Positions 1 through 9,742 are shown, counted from the first letter of the stretch. The stretch is DNA of 64,000 nt from Candidatus Palauibacter irciniicola (GCA_009836005.1 VXWG01000010.1:69675-133674), one strand, 5' to 3'. Notes: generated from the sequence alone by a model not told the origin. Numbers and translations are program-made.

Positions 1-1385
1 ATACCGCGGGCGCGGTGACGGACCTCATGTACCAGCCCGACGCGATGCGCTTCCGCGGCCTCACGCTCTATACGAACACCCCACCGCGCGCGGCGCAGCG
101 GGCGCCGGGCGGCGCGCAGATCGTCGCCATGCTGGAGCCGCTCGTCGACAAGGCGGCGCGCGAACTGGGCATCGACCGGGTGGAGATCCGGAAGATCAAC
201 GCCCCCACGCACGACTCGGAGTTCGGGCCGCAGCGGGCCACGACGACGAGCGCCTTCGTGCGAGAGGCGATCGATGCGGGCGCGGCGCAGTTCGACTGGG
301 CCGGCAAGCAGGCGCTCAGCGGACAGCGGAACGGGACGAAGGTCACGGGCGTCGGCGTGGGGCTGAGCCCGTACGTCGGCGGTTCGTCGGGGTTCGACGG
401 ACTCCTCCTCATCCGCCCGGACGGCAAGCTCTACATCCACCAGGGGATCGGGAACCTCGGGACGCACTCGATGGCGGACACGGCCCGGGCCGCGGCGGAT
501 GAACTCGGCCTCGAGTGGGACGACTGCGCGGTCATCTGGGGCGACAGCTCGCAGCACCACCCGTACAGCGCGGTGCAGGCGGGAAGCCAGACGATCCACG
601 CGCACACGCGCGCCAACTACGCCGCCGCGCTCGACATGAAGCGCAAGCTGCAGGAGGTCGCGGCCGCCGCGCTCGGCGGCGCGGCGAGCGCGTACCGGGT
701 CGAGGGCGCCCGCGTGACCGGACCGGGAGGCTCCATGGGCTTCGCGCAGGCCGCGGAGCGCGCCATCGCCATGGGTGGCGAGTACTCCGGCCAGGAGTTG
801 CCGGAGGACATCAACAACTACACCCGGGGGTCCGCCACGCAGCTCGCGGGCCAGGGCCTGATGGGCGTCGCGCGGGACAACTTCTCGCACGAGGGCTCGA
901 CGTGGTCGTGGGTCGTGGGCTTCGCGGTCGTCGAACTCGATACCGAGACCGGCGACGTGGTACTCGTCGACTACACGGGCTCCGCCGACTGCGGGGTCGT
1001 CGTGCACCCGCGCAGCCTCGCGGCGCAGATCCACGGCGGCAGCGTGCAGGGCTTCGGACAGGCGCGCAGCCAGAAGTGGGTGTACGACCCGAAATGGGGC
1101 GTGCCTTTCGCCCACCGGCTCTATACCGCGAGACCTCCCGGCATCCTCGACGTGCCGCTCAGCATGGACTGGGCGGCGGCGGGCGAGCCGGACCCGCAGA
1201 CGCCGATCGGCGCCAAGGGAATCGGAGAGCCCCCGGTCGGGGCGGGATCCGCGGCGGTCACCTCCGCGATCGCGGACGCGCTCGGCGGGCGCTGCCTGTG
1301 CCGGATCCCGCTGACGACGGACGTGATCCTGGCCGAACTCGAGGGCCGGGCGCAGCCGCACGCACTCACCGAGATCCACAGCTAG
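1..1385 (+). CDS. xanthine dehydrogenase / CO dehydrogenase-family molybdopterin-binding large subunit, C-terminal ~456 aa; the 5' end lies upstream of the window
   Basis: Translation (ORF 15..1385) has the C-terminal hallmarks of molybdenum hydroxylase large subunits: GVGVGLSPYVGG, a GIGEPPVGAGSAAVTSAIADALG-type active-site loop and IDRVEIRKIN. It is followed directly by the FAD subunit. Confidence 0.8.
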   Translation, partial: TAGAVTDLMYQPDAMRFRGLTLYTNTPPRAAQRAPGGAQIVAMLEPLVDKAARELGIDRVEIRKINAPTHDSEFGPQRATTTSAFVREAIDAGAAQFDWAGKQALSGQRNGTKVTGVGVGLSPYVGGSSGFDGLLLIRPDGKLYIHQGIGNLGTHSMADTARAAADELGLEWDDCAVIWGDSSQHHPYSAVQAGSQTIHAHTRANYAAALDMKRKLQEVAAAALGGAASAYRVEGARVTGPGGSMGFAQAAERAIAMGGEYSGQELPEDINNYTRGSATQLAGQGLMGVARDNFSHEGSTWSWVVGFAVVELDTETGDVVLVDYTGSADCGVVVHPRSLAAQIHGGSVQGFGQARSQKWVYDPKWGVPFAHRLYTARPPGILDVPLSMDWAAAGEPDPQTPIGAKGIGEPPVGAGSAAVTSAIADALGGRCLCRIPLTTDVILAELEGRAQPHALTEIHS

Positions 1386-1398
1386 GGGAGATAGGACG

Positions 1399-2397
1399 AT
1401 GGCCGTGATTCGCGACATGATGCCCGCGTTCGAGCTCTTCCAGCCGACGAGCGTGGACGAGGCGCTGGACGTGCTCGAGCGCCACGACAACACCTGGGTC
1501 CTGGCCGGCGGCCTCGACTCGATGGACTGGTTCAAGGACCGCATCAAGCGGCCCGACGTCGTCGTCGAGCTGGGCTCCGTGAGCGAGCTGACCGGCATCC
1601 GCGCGAGCGGGGACGGGCTCGAGATCGGCGCCATGACCTCGCTGCGCGACGTGGTGGCGAACGAGGACGTGCGGTCCCGCTTCGGACTCCTCGCCGACGC
1701 CGCCGCCCAGGTGGCGACGCCGCAGATCCGGAACCAGGGGACGCTGGGCGGCAACCTCATCCAGGACACGCGCTGCTGGTACTACCGCGGCGGGTGGCCG
1801 TGCTACCGCGCGGGCGGGAACATCTGCTACGCGGGGACGCCCCGCTCCATGAACCGGGAGCACGCCGTGACCGGGCAGAGCCGCTGCGTGGCGGTGAACG
1901 GGGCGGACACGGCCGGGGCGCTGGTCGCGCTCGGCGCGCAGATGCTCGTGCGGAGCGCGGGCGGCGAGCGCGTCTACGAGGCCGAGGACTTCTTCGTCGG
2001 CCCGGAGATCGACATCGAGCGCATGACCGTGCTGGAGCCGGGAGATCTCTTGACGCACGTGCACATCCCCGGCGACTGGGCGGGCGCGCGCTTCTACTGG
2101 GAGAAGGTCCGCGACCGGAAGTCGTGGGACTGGGCGCTGGCCAGCGTGGCCGCCGCGATCGTCGAGTCGAACGGCACGATCGAGCGCGCCCGGATCGCGA
2201 TCAACGGTGTGGCCCCGACGCCGGTGCGGCTGACGGACGTCGAGGACCTCATTCAGGGGATGCCGGCGAACGACGATACCGGCATGGCAGCCGGAGAACT
2301 CGCTACGCGCGGCTTCAAGCCGCTGCGCCACAACGACTACAAGGTGCCGCTCGCGCGGAATCTCGTCCGGCGCGCGGTGCGGGGAGACATGGCCTAA
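1399..2397 (+). CDS. molybdopterin dehydrogenase FAD-binding (medium, CoxM/XdhB-like) subunit
   Basis: 332 aa. It has the N-terminal PAFELFQPTSVDEALDVL and VLAGG.D start and a QIRNQGTLGGNL motif typical of CO_deh_flav/FAD_binding_5. It sits 14 nt after the large subunit. Confidence 0.8.
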   Translation: MAVIRDMMPAFELFQPTSVDEALDVLERHDNTWVLAGGLDSMDWFKDRIKRPDVVVELGSVSELTGIRASGDGLEIGAMTSLRDVVANEDVRSRFGLLADAAAQVATPQIRNQGTLGGNLIQDTRCWYYRGGWPCYRAGGNICYAGTPRSMNREHAVTGQSRCVAVNGADTAGALVALGAQMLVRSAGGERVYEAEDFFVGPEIDIERMTVLEPGDLLTHVHIPGDWAGARFYWEKVRDRKSWDWALASVAAAIVESNGTIERARIAINGVAPTPVRLTDVEDLIQGMPANDDTGMAAGELATRGFKPLRHNDYKVPLARNLVRRAVRGDMA

Positions 2398-3273
2398 ATG
2401 GAGATCCTCAGAACGGCGCCGAATCCCTGGGGCCAGGAGGTACTCGTCGGCGTCGCCTGGGATCTGCTCTGGGCCGCCGCCATCGCCGGCTTCGTCTTCG
2501 TCGTCGGGCACCATCTGTACGTCTGGATCATGGCGCCCAAGGCCCCGAAGACCGCGCCGGAGCCGGCTCAGGAAGTGCCCGAGCGGGTGGAGCGCCACTC
2601 ACAGGCGTCCCGGACCTTCCACTGGCTCATGGCGGCGACGATGCTCACGCTGCTGGTCACGGCGTTCTTCCCCGTGATCGGCGTCCAGTTCGCCTGGGTC
2701 ACCATTCACTGGATCGCCGGCATCGTCCTCACCCTCCTCATCATCTGGCACATCATCCACGCCTCGACGAAGCAGGACTTCTGGTCCGTGTGGACCGGGG
2801 CGAAGGAGATCGGGCAGGCCTTCCAGGCGGCGGGGAAGTTCCTGCGCCGCCAGCCGGCCAAGGAGGAGCGGTCCGGCAAGTACCCGCTCGACCAGCGGGC
2901 CTACCACAACGCGGTAACGCTCGTCTCGCTCGGAGTCATCGTCACGGGGATCCTCATGATGGTGGGGGTCGACACCTGGTTCTGGGCGAGCAACCCGTAC
3001 TTCCTCTCCGACTCCACATGGGGCCTCGTGTTCGTCCTGCACGGGCTGTGCGGGGTCGTGCTCGTCACGATGGTCATCGCCCACGTCTACTTCGCCATCC
3101 GCCCGGAGAAGCGCTGGATGACCCGCTCCATGATCAAGGGCTGGATCACGCGCGAGGAATATCTCGAGCACTACGACCCGGACCTCTGGAAGCTGGGCAC
3201 GGAGCCGGCCGGGGCCGAACTGGCCGGGGGGAGCGCGTCGTCCGCGGATCCCGACGGGGTCGTGCCCGCTTGA
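2398..3273 (+). CDS. b-type cytochrome membrane subunit (Ni/Fe-hydrogenase / formate dehydrogenase gamma-like cytochrome b family)
   Basis: 291 aa with about 4-5 hydrophobic helices and conserved His residues in helices (HHLYVW, WHIIHAS, IAHVYFAI). The ATG abuts the TAA of the FAD-subunit gene, which suggests translational coupling. Confidence 0.65.
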   Translation: MEILRTAPNPWGQEVLVGVAWDLLWAAAIAGFVFVVGHHLYVWIMAPKAPKTAPEPAQEVPERVERHSQASRTFHWLMAATMLTLLVTAFFPVIGVQFAWVTIHWIAGIVLTLLIIWHIIHASTKQDFWSVWTGAKEIGQAFQAAGKFLRRQPAKEERSGKYPLDQRAYHNAVTLVSLGVIVTGILMMVGVDTWFWASNPYFLSDSTWGLVFVLHGLCGVVLVTMVIAHVYFAIRPEKRWMTRSMIKGWITREEYLEHYDPDLWKLGTEPAGAELAGGSASSADPDGVVPA

Positions 3274-3656
3274 GCCGCGAGGAGCTGAAGGCTCACATCG
3301 AGGTCCTCGAAAAGGCGTACGAGTTCTCCCTCTCCTACGCCGCGCTCGGCGCCGAGCGGGAGGAAGCCTCGAAGGTCGGGGGCCAGTTGCGGGAATACCT
3401 GAGCCGGGCGGATGCCGCGCTCCGGGCGCTGGCGGACGACCTCGGCGGGCTGGTCGCAGCCGAGGGGCTGGAACCGGCGGGCCCCTACCGCGAGATGATC
3501 GACGTGACGTCGGCCGACGCCGCGCGGGCCGGGGCGGCGGTCCGGATCGTCCTCGCCCAGGAGACGATCAGCTCGCAGTTGATCGACAACCTCAACGCCT
3601 CGTCCCACCTGCGGGCGCTCCTCACCGACCTCTTCCTCCTCGACGACGTCGTCTGA
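3270..3656 (+). CDS. hypothetical small protein (about 128 aa; start uncertain, TTG at 3270 overlaps the stop of the upstream gene)
   Basis: A non-Arg-rich, helical-looking stretch (EELKAHIEVLEKAYEFSLSYAALGAEREEASK...) is embedded at the 3' end of an otherwise spurious 620-aa frame. No recognisable family. Confidence 0.3.
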   Translation: MSREELKAHIEVLEKAYEFSLSYAALGAEREEASKVGGQLREYLSRADAALRALADDLGGLVAAEGLEPAGPYREMIDVTSADAARAGAAVRIVLAQETISSQLIDNLNASSHLRALLTDLFLLDDVV

Positions 3657-3671
3657 CCCGGACGGGCCCGG

Positions 3672-4415
3672 CTACGAATCCGTCCGGGTGAAGGTGAAGG
3701 TGCCGATGGGTTCGTCGGAGAAGGGGCTCTCGCCCCTCAGACTGCGGATCGGTTCCTGCGGCTGGGTGTCGTCGTTGGCCGACGTGTACAAGGGCCCGCT
3801 GTCCGTCCCCGCGTCGTAGGGGTAGAGGACGACCTCGAGTTCCTCGATCCAGTTTCCCTCGTCGTCCCGTAGCGGGAGTCCCGACACGCCCACGAACCAG
3901 TCCGGGCTCGGGGCGATCATCGTGACGAGGGTGACGAGCGGGAAGTCGGCGCGCAGCGCGATCGCCTGAATCGTCGTGCTCCCGGGGCTGCGGATCCCGG
4001 ACCCATTGACGACCGCCAGCGCGGCTCCCGGGATTTCGGCCTGTATTTCGGCGGCCAGCGTGGACGTGCCGCCCGTCTCGGCCATGCTCTCGATCCCCGG
4101 CGTGGCGGTGCCGTCCCGAGCCCAGAAGGTCACGCCGGCGTTGTGCACGGCCCCGATGAGCGGCGAGAAGTGCGCGCCGCCCGGAAAGTTCGTCGGGTGC
4201 GTCGAGGCGCCCCACGTCGCCTCGAAGACCGCGCGGTACGTCGCCGTGGTCGCCGCAGCGGGTGGCGGCTCGGGCTCCGGGTCCGGTATCGAAACGGGCT
4301 CGGTCCCTGAATCACCGCATGCGGCCACGACGACGAGCGCAACCGTGAGCGTCAGCAGACCGAGCCGGGTCTCGAGAAAGCCGTTGAATGTCGGAGTCAT
4401 GATGACTCTAACCAC
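3672..4415 (-). CDS. spondin_N-domain lipoprotein (secreted)
   Basis: There is a signal peptide plus lipobox (LTVALVVVAACGDS). The mature part matches the Spondin_N pattern (TYRAVFEATWGASTHP..NFPGGAHFSPLIGAVHN...FPLVTLVTMIAPSPDWFVGV). Confidence 0.75.
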   Translation of the reverse strand: MVRVIMTPTFNGFLETRLGLLTLTVALVVVAACGDSGTEPVSIPDPEPEPPPAAATTATYRAVFEATWGASTHPTNFPGGAHFSPLIGAVHNAGVTFWARDGTATPGIESMAETGGTSTLAAEIQAEIPGAALAVVNGSGIRSPGSTTIQAIALRADFPLVTLVTMIAPSPDWFVGVSGLPLRDDEGNWIEELEVVLYPYDAGTDSGPLYTSANDDTQPQEPIRSLRGESPFSDEPIGTFTFTRTDS

Positions 4416-4439
4416 CGGACGCCGGACAAGGTTCCAGAG

Positions 4440-5564
4440 CTAGCCGGAACTGGCGTGCCAGGCGGCGAGGACCTCGGTTTCCAACTCTGCCGGGAGGCCC
4501 GCGCGTGGCTCGGCGCGGCGATCCTCGGGGAGCGAGTTCCACCACTCGACCGTGTCGCGGGCGGTGTCGGCGAGCGGGCGGAACGTGAGCCCGGCCTGCA
4601 CGGCGGCGGCGACCGAAACCTGGTTCATGCCGACCGTTTCGCCTGCGGGCGGCGTCCAGTTCGTCATGTGCATCCAGGGCGCCACTTCCTGCTCCGCCAT
4701 GAACTCCGTCGGCACCCAGGTGAACGTGGCGTCGGAGCCGAGCGCGCCGCGAATCTCCTCCAGCATGTCGCCGAACTGCTGTATCTCTCCCGTGGCGTTG
4801 TACGTGCCCCCGTTTCCCGGAGTCTCGACGAGGCGCACGATCCACTCGGAGAGGTCGCGGGCGTCGACGTTCTGCACCGGGTCGGCAGGGGTGTTGGGGG
4901 CGAGCACCTCCCCTCCGCGGTCGACCCGGACCGGCCAGTACGTCCAGCGGTCCGTGTTGTCGCCGGGCCCGATGATGAGCCCCGGACGCACGTTGATCGC
5001 GTTCTCGCCGAAGGCGTCGCGCGCGTACTGCTCGCAGCGCGCCTTCCTGGGGCCGTAGCCTCCGTCGTCCTCGGCCTCGTCGGGCGACAACTGCCCGACG
5101 TGATAGTCCTCGTCGATCCCGACCTGGGCGAAGTCCGCGTAGGCGGAGATGGAGGAGACGAAGAGGTAGCGGTCGACCTGGTCGCGCAGGAGTTCGGTCG
5201 TCGATGCGACCCAACTCGGGTAGGAGGCGGAGTTGTCGATGACGGCATCCCACTCTCTGCCCTCGAGTGCCGACAGATCGCTCGTCCGATCACCGATCAG
5301 GTGCTCGACACGCTCGAAGTAGTCCTGGTAGAACGGCGGCTCGGTCTGCCCGCGCGTGAAGATCGACACCTCGTGGCCCCGGTCGAGCGCGTACTTCACC
5401 TGGTGCGGGCCGATGAAGCGCGTCCCGCCGAGGATGAGGATGCGGAGCGGGCCGGCCTCGCCCCCCGCGCAGGCGGCCGAGCCGAAGGCGCCGAGCACGC
5501 CGAGCGCCCCACCGGCGCGGGCGGATGTCTTCACGAACTCTCGTCGGGTCTGGTTCCACGCCAT
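4440..5564 (-). CDS. Tat-exported NAD(P)-binding epimerase/dehydratase-family (SDR extended) protein
   Basis: The twin-arginine motif TRREFVKTSARAGGALGVLGAFGSAA is followed by a Rossmann motif ILILGGTRFIGPH. Confidence 0.7.
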   Translation of the reverse strand: MAWNQTRREFVKTSARAGGALGVLGAFGSAACAGGEAGPLRILILGGTRFIGPHQVKYALDRGHEVSIFTRGQTEPPFYQDYFERVEHLIGDRTSDLSALEGREWDAVIDNSASYPSWVASTTELLRDQVDRYLFVSSISAYADFAQVGIDEDYHVGQLSPDEAEDDGGYGPRKARCEQYARDAFGENAINVRPGLIIGPGDNTDRWTYWPVRVDRGGEVLAPNTPADPVQNVDARDLSEWIVRLVETPGNGGTYNATGEIQQFGDMLEEIRGALGSDATFTWVPTEFMAEQEVAPWMHMTNWTPPAGETVGMNQVSVAAAVQAGLTFRPLADTARDTVEWWNSLPEDRRAEPRAGLPAELETEVLAAWHASSG

Positions 5565-5570
5565 CGTAAT

Positions 5571-6797
5571 CTACTCCCTTTCTGTGCCTTCCTCGCCCGG
5601 CGCCCTCTCTTCGGCGCGGGGTCCGGACCAGCCGTACGCGTGCGCCACCGTGATCGCAATCTCCGCCGCGAGCTCGCTCCCGGAGTCGGAGTTCGTCATC
5701 ACGAAGACGCCGTCGTCGCCGTCGATGTATGCCGCAAACGTGCAGCGGAAACCCTGGTTCGAGCCGCCGTGCCGAAAGCGTTCACCGTCCTCGGAGATCG
5801 CCGGGCCCAGCCCCCAGTCGTCCGCGTCGGGCGTCAGCATCTCCCGGGCGAGCGCTTCTCCCAGCACGCGGGTCGACTCGCCCTTCCAGGCATGCTGCAT
5901 CTCCCGGGCGTAGAGCGCGAGTTCGCTCGGCGTCGTCCACAGCCCGGCGGCCGCCTGTTCCGGATAGGTGTGCCACCCGCCGGGGACCCGGTCGCCGTTC
6001 GGCCGGTAGCCCGTCGCAATGTCGTCCCGGCGCTCGGGGGAGATCGGCTGCTCGTACGTCGAGCGCGCCATGCCGATCGGGTCCAGCACCTCCTCGCGCA
6101 TGACCTCGGCGAACGGCTTGCCGTGGAGGTCCGCCACGAGTTGCTGCATCACGGTGTAGCCGCCGCCGGAGTAGCGCCAGCTCTCCCCCGGCGCCTTGTA
6201 GACGCGCACGGGGTCCGTGTTGCCGTGGCCGTCGAGGACGCCCGGCCCGTCCGGCGCCTCCTCGTCCGGCCCGTACCCGGGGAAGCCCCAAACGGTGAGG
6301 CCGGCTCGGTGCGTGAGGAGCCCCCGCAGGGTAACCGGCGCCTGCTCCGTGAACTCGTTCCCGGGCACTTGCCAACTCGTGAGATGGGCGTTGACGTCGC
6401 CATCGAGGTCGACGCGGCCCGACTCGACGAGCCGCAGCGCGGCGAGCGCGGCCACGGGTTTGGAGATGGAGGCCGCCTGGAAGAGCGTGTTCGGGGTCAC
6501 GGGCCGGGCCGATTCGACGTCGGCGAGCCCGTAGCCCCGGGCCCAGGCGATCTCGCCGTCGACCAGGACCGCGATGCTGACGCCGGGCACGCCCAGTTCG
6601 GCCATGCGGTCCGCAAGCGAGGACCGTACGACGGGCTCGCCTCGAACCGTGAAGGCGGGCATTAGCGACGACTCGACGAGCGCCTGGGGGGAGCCGTCCG
6701 CGACCCCCTCCGGCACGGAGCTGTCGGGCGTGGGCGGCGGCGCGCACGCGAACGCGGCCGAGGTCCAGGCGATGAGGACGGTCCGGGCTTTGTTCAC
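5571..6797 (-). CDS. serine hydrolase, beta-lactamase/penicillin-binding-protein family (class C-like)
   Basis: It has an SxxK active-site motif (FQAASISKPVAALAAL) and a YSGGGY (YxN-like) element. The ATG overlaps the polA stop (ATGA), and a 6-nt gap separates it from the downstream SDR gene. Confidence 0.8.
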   Translation of the reverse strand: MNKARTVLIAWTSAAFACAPPPTPDSSVPEGVADGSPQALVESSLMPAFTVRGEPVVRSSLADRMAELGVPGVSIAVLVDGEIAWARGYGLADVESARPVTPNTLFQAASISKPVAALAALRLVESGRVDLDGDVNAHLTSWQVPGNEFTEQAPVTLRGLLTHRAGLTVWGFPGYGPDEEAPDGPGVLDGHGNTDPVRVYKAPGESWRYSGGGYTVMQQLVADLHGKPFAEVMREEVLDPIGMARSTYEQPISPERRDDIATGYRPNGDRVPGGWHTYPEQAAAGLWTTPSELALYAREMQHAWKGESTRVLGEALAREMLTPDADDWGLGPAISEDGERFRHGGSNQGFRCTFAAYIDGDDGVFVMTNSDSGSELAAEIAITVAHAYGWSGPRAEERAPGEEGTERE

Positions 6798-9601
6798 GAT
6801 CCCTTCCCGAATTTGCAGTCGTACCAGCTGCGGCCGATCCCGAGGTCGACGCGCAGGGGAACCGACAACTCGATGGCCCCCTCCATCTCCTCGCGCACGA
6901 TCCGGCCGATGGCTTCAACATCGGACTCCGGGGCCTCGATGAGCAACTCGTCGTGCACCTGCAGCAGCATGCGGGCCCCGGTCCCCGCGAGACGCTCGTG
7001 CAGCCGGATCATCGACACCTTGATGAGGTCCGCCGCGGATCCCTGGATCGGGGAGTTCGTCGCGGTCCGCTCGCCGTATCCGCGAATCCCGGGGTTCCTG
7101 GACCGGATCTCGGGGATGTAGCGGCGGCGTCCGAACAGCGTCTCGACGTAGTTCCGCTCCCGCGCCACTTCCTTCATCTCCTCGAGGTAGGCCGCGACGC
7201 CCGCGAACCTCTCGAAGTATCCGGCGATGAACTCGCTCGCCTGCGCCCGCGCGATGCCGAGCTGCTGCGCGAGCGCGAACGGGCCCTGGCCGTAGATGGT
7301 CGCGAAGTTGATCGTCTTCGCCTGCTCGCGCATGGTCGGCGTGACGTCAGCCGGCTCGACCCCGAAGATGCGGGCCGCGGTCTCGCGGTGGATGTCGCGC
7401 TCCGCGCGGAACGCTTCCACGAACGCCTCGTCCCCGGAGAGATGGGCCATGACCCGGAGTTCGATCTGGGAGTAGTCCGCTCCCACGAAGAGGTGATCCG
7501 GGGCGGCGATGAACCCCTTCCGGATCTCGCGCCCCAGCGCCCGCCGGATCGGGATGTTCTGGAGGTTCGGGTCGGAGGAGGAGAGTCGGCCCGTCGCGGC
7601 GATGGTCTGGTTGAAGCGGGTGTGGATGCGTCCCCGGTCGTCAATGAGCCGCGGGAGCACGCTCACGTACGTGCCGTCCAGCTTGTCGAGTTCCCGGTGT
7701 TCGAGGATGAGGCGCGGGAGGTCGTGGCCCATGGTGGCGAGTTGCTCGAGCACGGATTCATCCGTCGAGGGGCCGGTCTTCGTCTTCTTGAGAACGGGCA
7801 GCGCGAGCCGGTCGAAGAGAAGCGCCCGCATCTGCGGCACGGAGCGGAGGTTGACCTCGGTGCCGGCGATCTTGTGGATCTCCGACCGCACGGCGTCGAG
7901 ATCGCGGCGCAGGCGGGCTCGCAGGTCGCCGAAGAAATCGAGGTCGATCGCGATGCCGGCCCGCTCCATGTTCGCGAGGACCGTGACGAGCGGCATTTCC
8001 ACCTCGCGGAAGAGGCGGCGCATGCCCGTGCGTACGAGATCGGCCTCGTCGACCTTCGCGAGGCGGTGCAGGAGGGCGGCGCGCGGCCCGGCCCACTCGA
8101 CGACGCGCTCGGGCTCGATCGATGCCAGCGGAAGACGGTTTCGTCCGGTGCCCGTGATGGCGTCGCCCGTCTCGAGGGCGACGTTCAGGCGGTCGGGGCC
8201 GAGCGTCGAGAGGGCGCGGTCGCGGCGGGCCGGATCGAGGCAGTACGAGGAGATCTGCGTGTCGAACGCGACGCCGCCGTCGAGGCCCCCCAACTCGACC
8301 CCGTGCCGGCGCAGGAGCTGGGCGGCGTACTTGAGATCGTGCCCGAGTTTCGGCGTGTCCGAGGCCAGCAGGTCGCGCAGGCCTCGCATGTCGGCCGACG
8401 CCAGCCCCGGCAGGCCCACCGGCTCGCCCGCATCGAAGGCGAGCGTCGGGTTTCCCGCCGCGTCGTGCTGGACTTTCGGTGCCCGGTGCCCGAGGGGCAG
8501 GTAGAAGGCTTGGTCCTCGGAGGCGGCGAGCGCGAGGCCGACGAGGTCGGCGGCGACCGGATCGTCCGAGCTGCCCGCGGCGAAGAGTGCGATGCGCGGA
8601 GCCCGGGAGCACTCGGCCAGCACGGCGCCCAGCCGATCCGTGTCGGCCACCACGTCCACCTCGGGGGCGAAGCGCTCGGCCTCGGTGGCCGGGGCTTCCA
8701 GTTCCCTCAGCAGATTGTGGAACTCCAGGTCGCGGAACACGGACTCGGCTTTCCCGGCGTCCAGCGGCCGTGACCGGAGGCCCTCCAGATCGAGGTTCAC
8801 GGGCGCATCGGTGCGGATCGTCACCAGTTGCCGCGAGCGCCGGGCGTCATCCGCATGCTTGAGAATCGCGTTTCGGGCGCGGGCCGCCGTGATCTCCTCG
8901 GCTCGCGTGAGGATGGACTCCAGGTCGCCGAACTGCCGGATGAGGGCGGGCGCGATCTTCTTTCCGATGCCGGGCACGCCGGGGACGTTGTCGGACGAGT
9001 CGCCGAGCAGCGCGAGGAAGTCGGTCACGCGCTCCGGGGGCACGCCGAACCGCTCCTCGGCGTTTTCCGGCGTCACCCACACCTGATCGACTCCGGCGGG
9101 TCCCCCTCGGCCCGGATTGAGCAAGGCGGTGCGATCGTCCACGAGCTGGTGGAAGTCCTTGTCTCCGGAGACGATGACGGTGCGCAGCCCCTGGTCCGCG
9201 GCTTTCTGCGCGAGGGTCCCGATCACGTCGTCCGCCTCCCACCCTTCCGCTTCGATGACGGGCACCCGGAAGGCGTCGAAAATCTCCCGGCATCGGGGGA
9301 GGGATGCCCGGAGTTCGTCGGGCATCTTCTCTCGCGTGGCCTTGTACTCCGGGTAGATGTCGGTGCGGAAGCTGTCGCCGGCGTCGAACGCGACGCCGAG
9401 ATAGTCGGGTGCGTGATCGGCGATCAGTCGCATGAGGAAGCGGGCGATGCCGTAGGGGGCGGACGTGTTTTCGCCGCTCGAGGTGGTGAGCGGGCGGTTG
9501 ATCATGGCGAAGAACGCGCGGTAGATGAGCGCGTAGCCGTCGAGCAGGAAGAGCGACGGACGAGCAGCCTGTGAGGGCTTCACCACGTCGGGCGCCGCCA
9601 C
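6794..9601 (-). CDS. polA: DNA polymerase I
   Basis: 935 aa. The N-terminal 5'-3' exonuclease region (LFLLDGYALIYRAFFAM) is followed by a 3'-5' exo-like region, and then a C-terminal palm with RRxAKxxNFGxIYG and VHDELLxE motifs (RREQAKTINFATIYG; LLQVHDELLIEAP). Confidence 0.95.
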   Translation of the reverse strand: MAAPDVVKPSQAARPSLFLLDGYALIYRAFFAMINRPLTTSSGENTSAPYGIARFLMRLIADHAPDYLGVAFDAGDSFRTDIYPEYKATREKMPDELRASLPRCREIFDAFRVPVIEAEGWEADDVIGTLAQKAADQGLRTVIVSGDKDFHQLVDDRTALLNPGRGGPAGVDQVWVTPENAEERFGVPPERVTDFLALLGDSSDNVPGVPGIGKKIAPALIRQFGDLESILTRAEEITAARARNAILKHADDARRSRQLVTIRTDAPVNLDLEGLRSRPLDAGKAESVFRDLEFHNLLRELEAPATEAERFAPEVDVVADTDRLGAVLAECSRAPRIALFAAGSSDDPVAADLVGLALAASEDQAFYLPLGHRAPKVQHDAAGNPTLAFDAGEPVGLPGLASADMRGLRDLLASDTPKLGHDLKYAAQLLRRHGVELGGLDGGVAFDTQISSYCLDPARRDRALSTLGPDRLNVALETGDAITGTGRNRLPLASIEPERVVEWAGPRAALLHRLAKVDEADLVRTGMRRLFREVEMPLVTVLANMERAGIAIDLDFFGDLRARLRRDLDAVRSEIHKIAGTEVNLRSVPQMRALLFDRLALPVLKKTKTGPSTDESVLEQLATMGHDLPRLILEHRELDKLDGTYVSVLPRLIDDRGRIHTRFNQTIAATGRLSSSDPNLQNIPIRRALGREIRKGFIAAPDHLFVGADYSQIELRVMAHLSGDEAFVEAFRAERDIHRETAARIFGVEPADVTPTMREQAKTINFATIYGQGPFALAQQLGIARAQASEFIAGYFERFAGVAAYLEEMKEVARERNYVETLFGRRRYIPEIRSRNPGIRGYGERTATNSPIQGSAADLIKVSMIRLHERLAGTGARMLLQVHDELLIEAPESDVEAIGRIVREEMEGAIELSVPLRVDLGIGRSWYDCKFGKGS

Positions 9602-9681
9602 ATGGGGGTCACGGGCTGTCTGGGCTGGTCAACATGGCATCCAGTATGGCCGGGGGGCTGTCCGCGGCAAAGCCCGGCGAC

Positions 9682-9712
9682 GAAAAAGCGCCCCGCCGGG
9701 GGGGCGGGGCGC
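9682..9712 (-). terminator. intrinsic terminator downstream of cspA
   Basis: Perfect 10-bp GC stem GCGCCCCGCC/GGCGGGGCGC with a 5-nt loop. On the minus strand it is followed by a U-run (plus-strand AAAAA at 9683-9687). Confidence 0.7.
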
Positions 9713-9742
9713 GTGAAGCTCCGGCTCGGCTACGGTGTTCGG

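Noticed and set aside
1794-3656. 620-aa plus-strand ORF spanning the FAD-subunit and cytochrome b genes
   Set aside because: It is extremely Arg/Gly/Ala-rich (RGRGAGRARRADARAERGRRARLRG...), which is typical of an out-of-frame reading of high-GC coding DNA. It overlaps two well-supported genes in another frame. Only its last ~128 codons (3270-3656) look protein-like.
4455-6665. 736-aa plus-strand ORF antisense to the SDR and serine hydrolase genes, and similar large antisense or alternative-frame ORFs (515..1408, 1366..2598, 5782..6921, 6953..8773, 7758..8612)
   Set aside because: They have low-complexity Arg/Pro/Gly composition and no recognisable motifs. Each is fully overlapped by a gene with clear family signatures on the other strand or frame.
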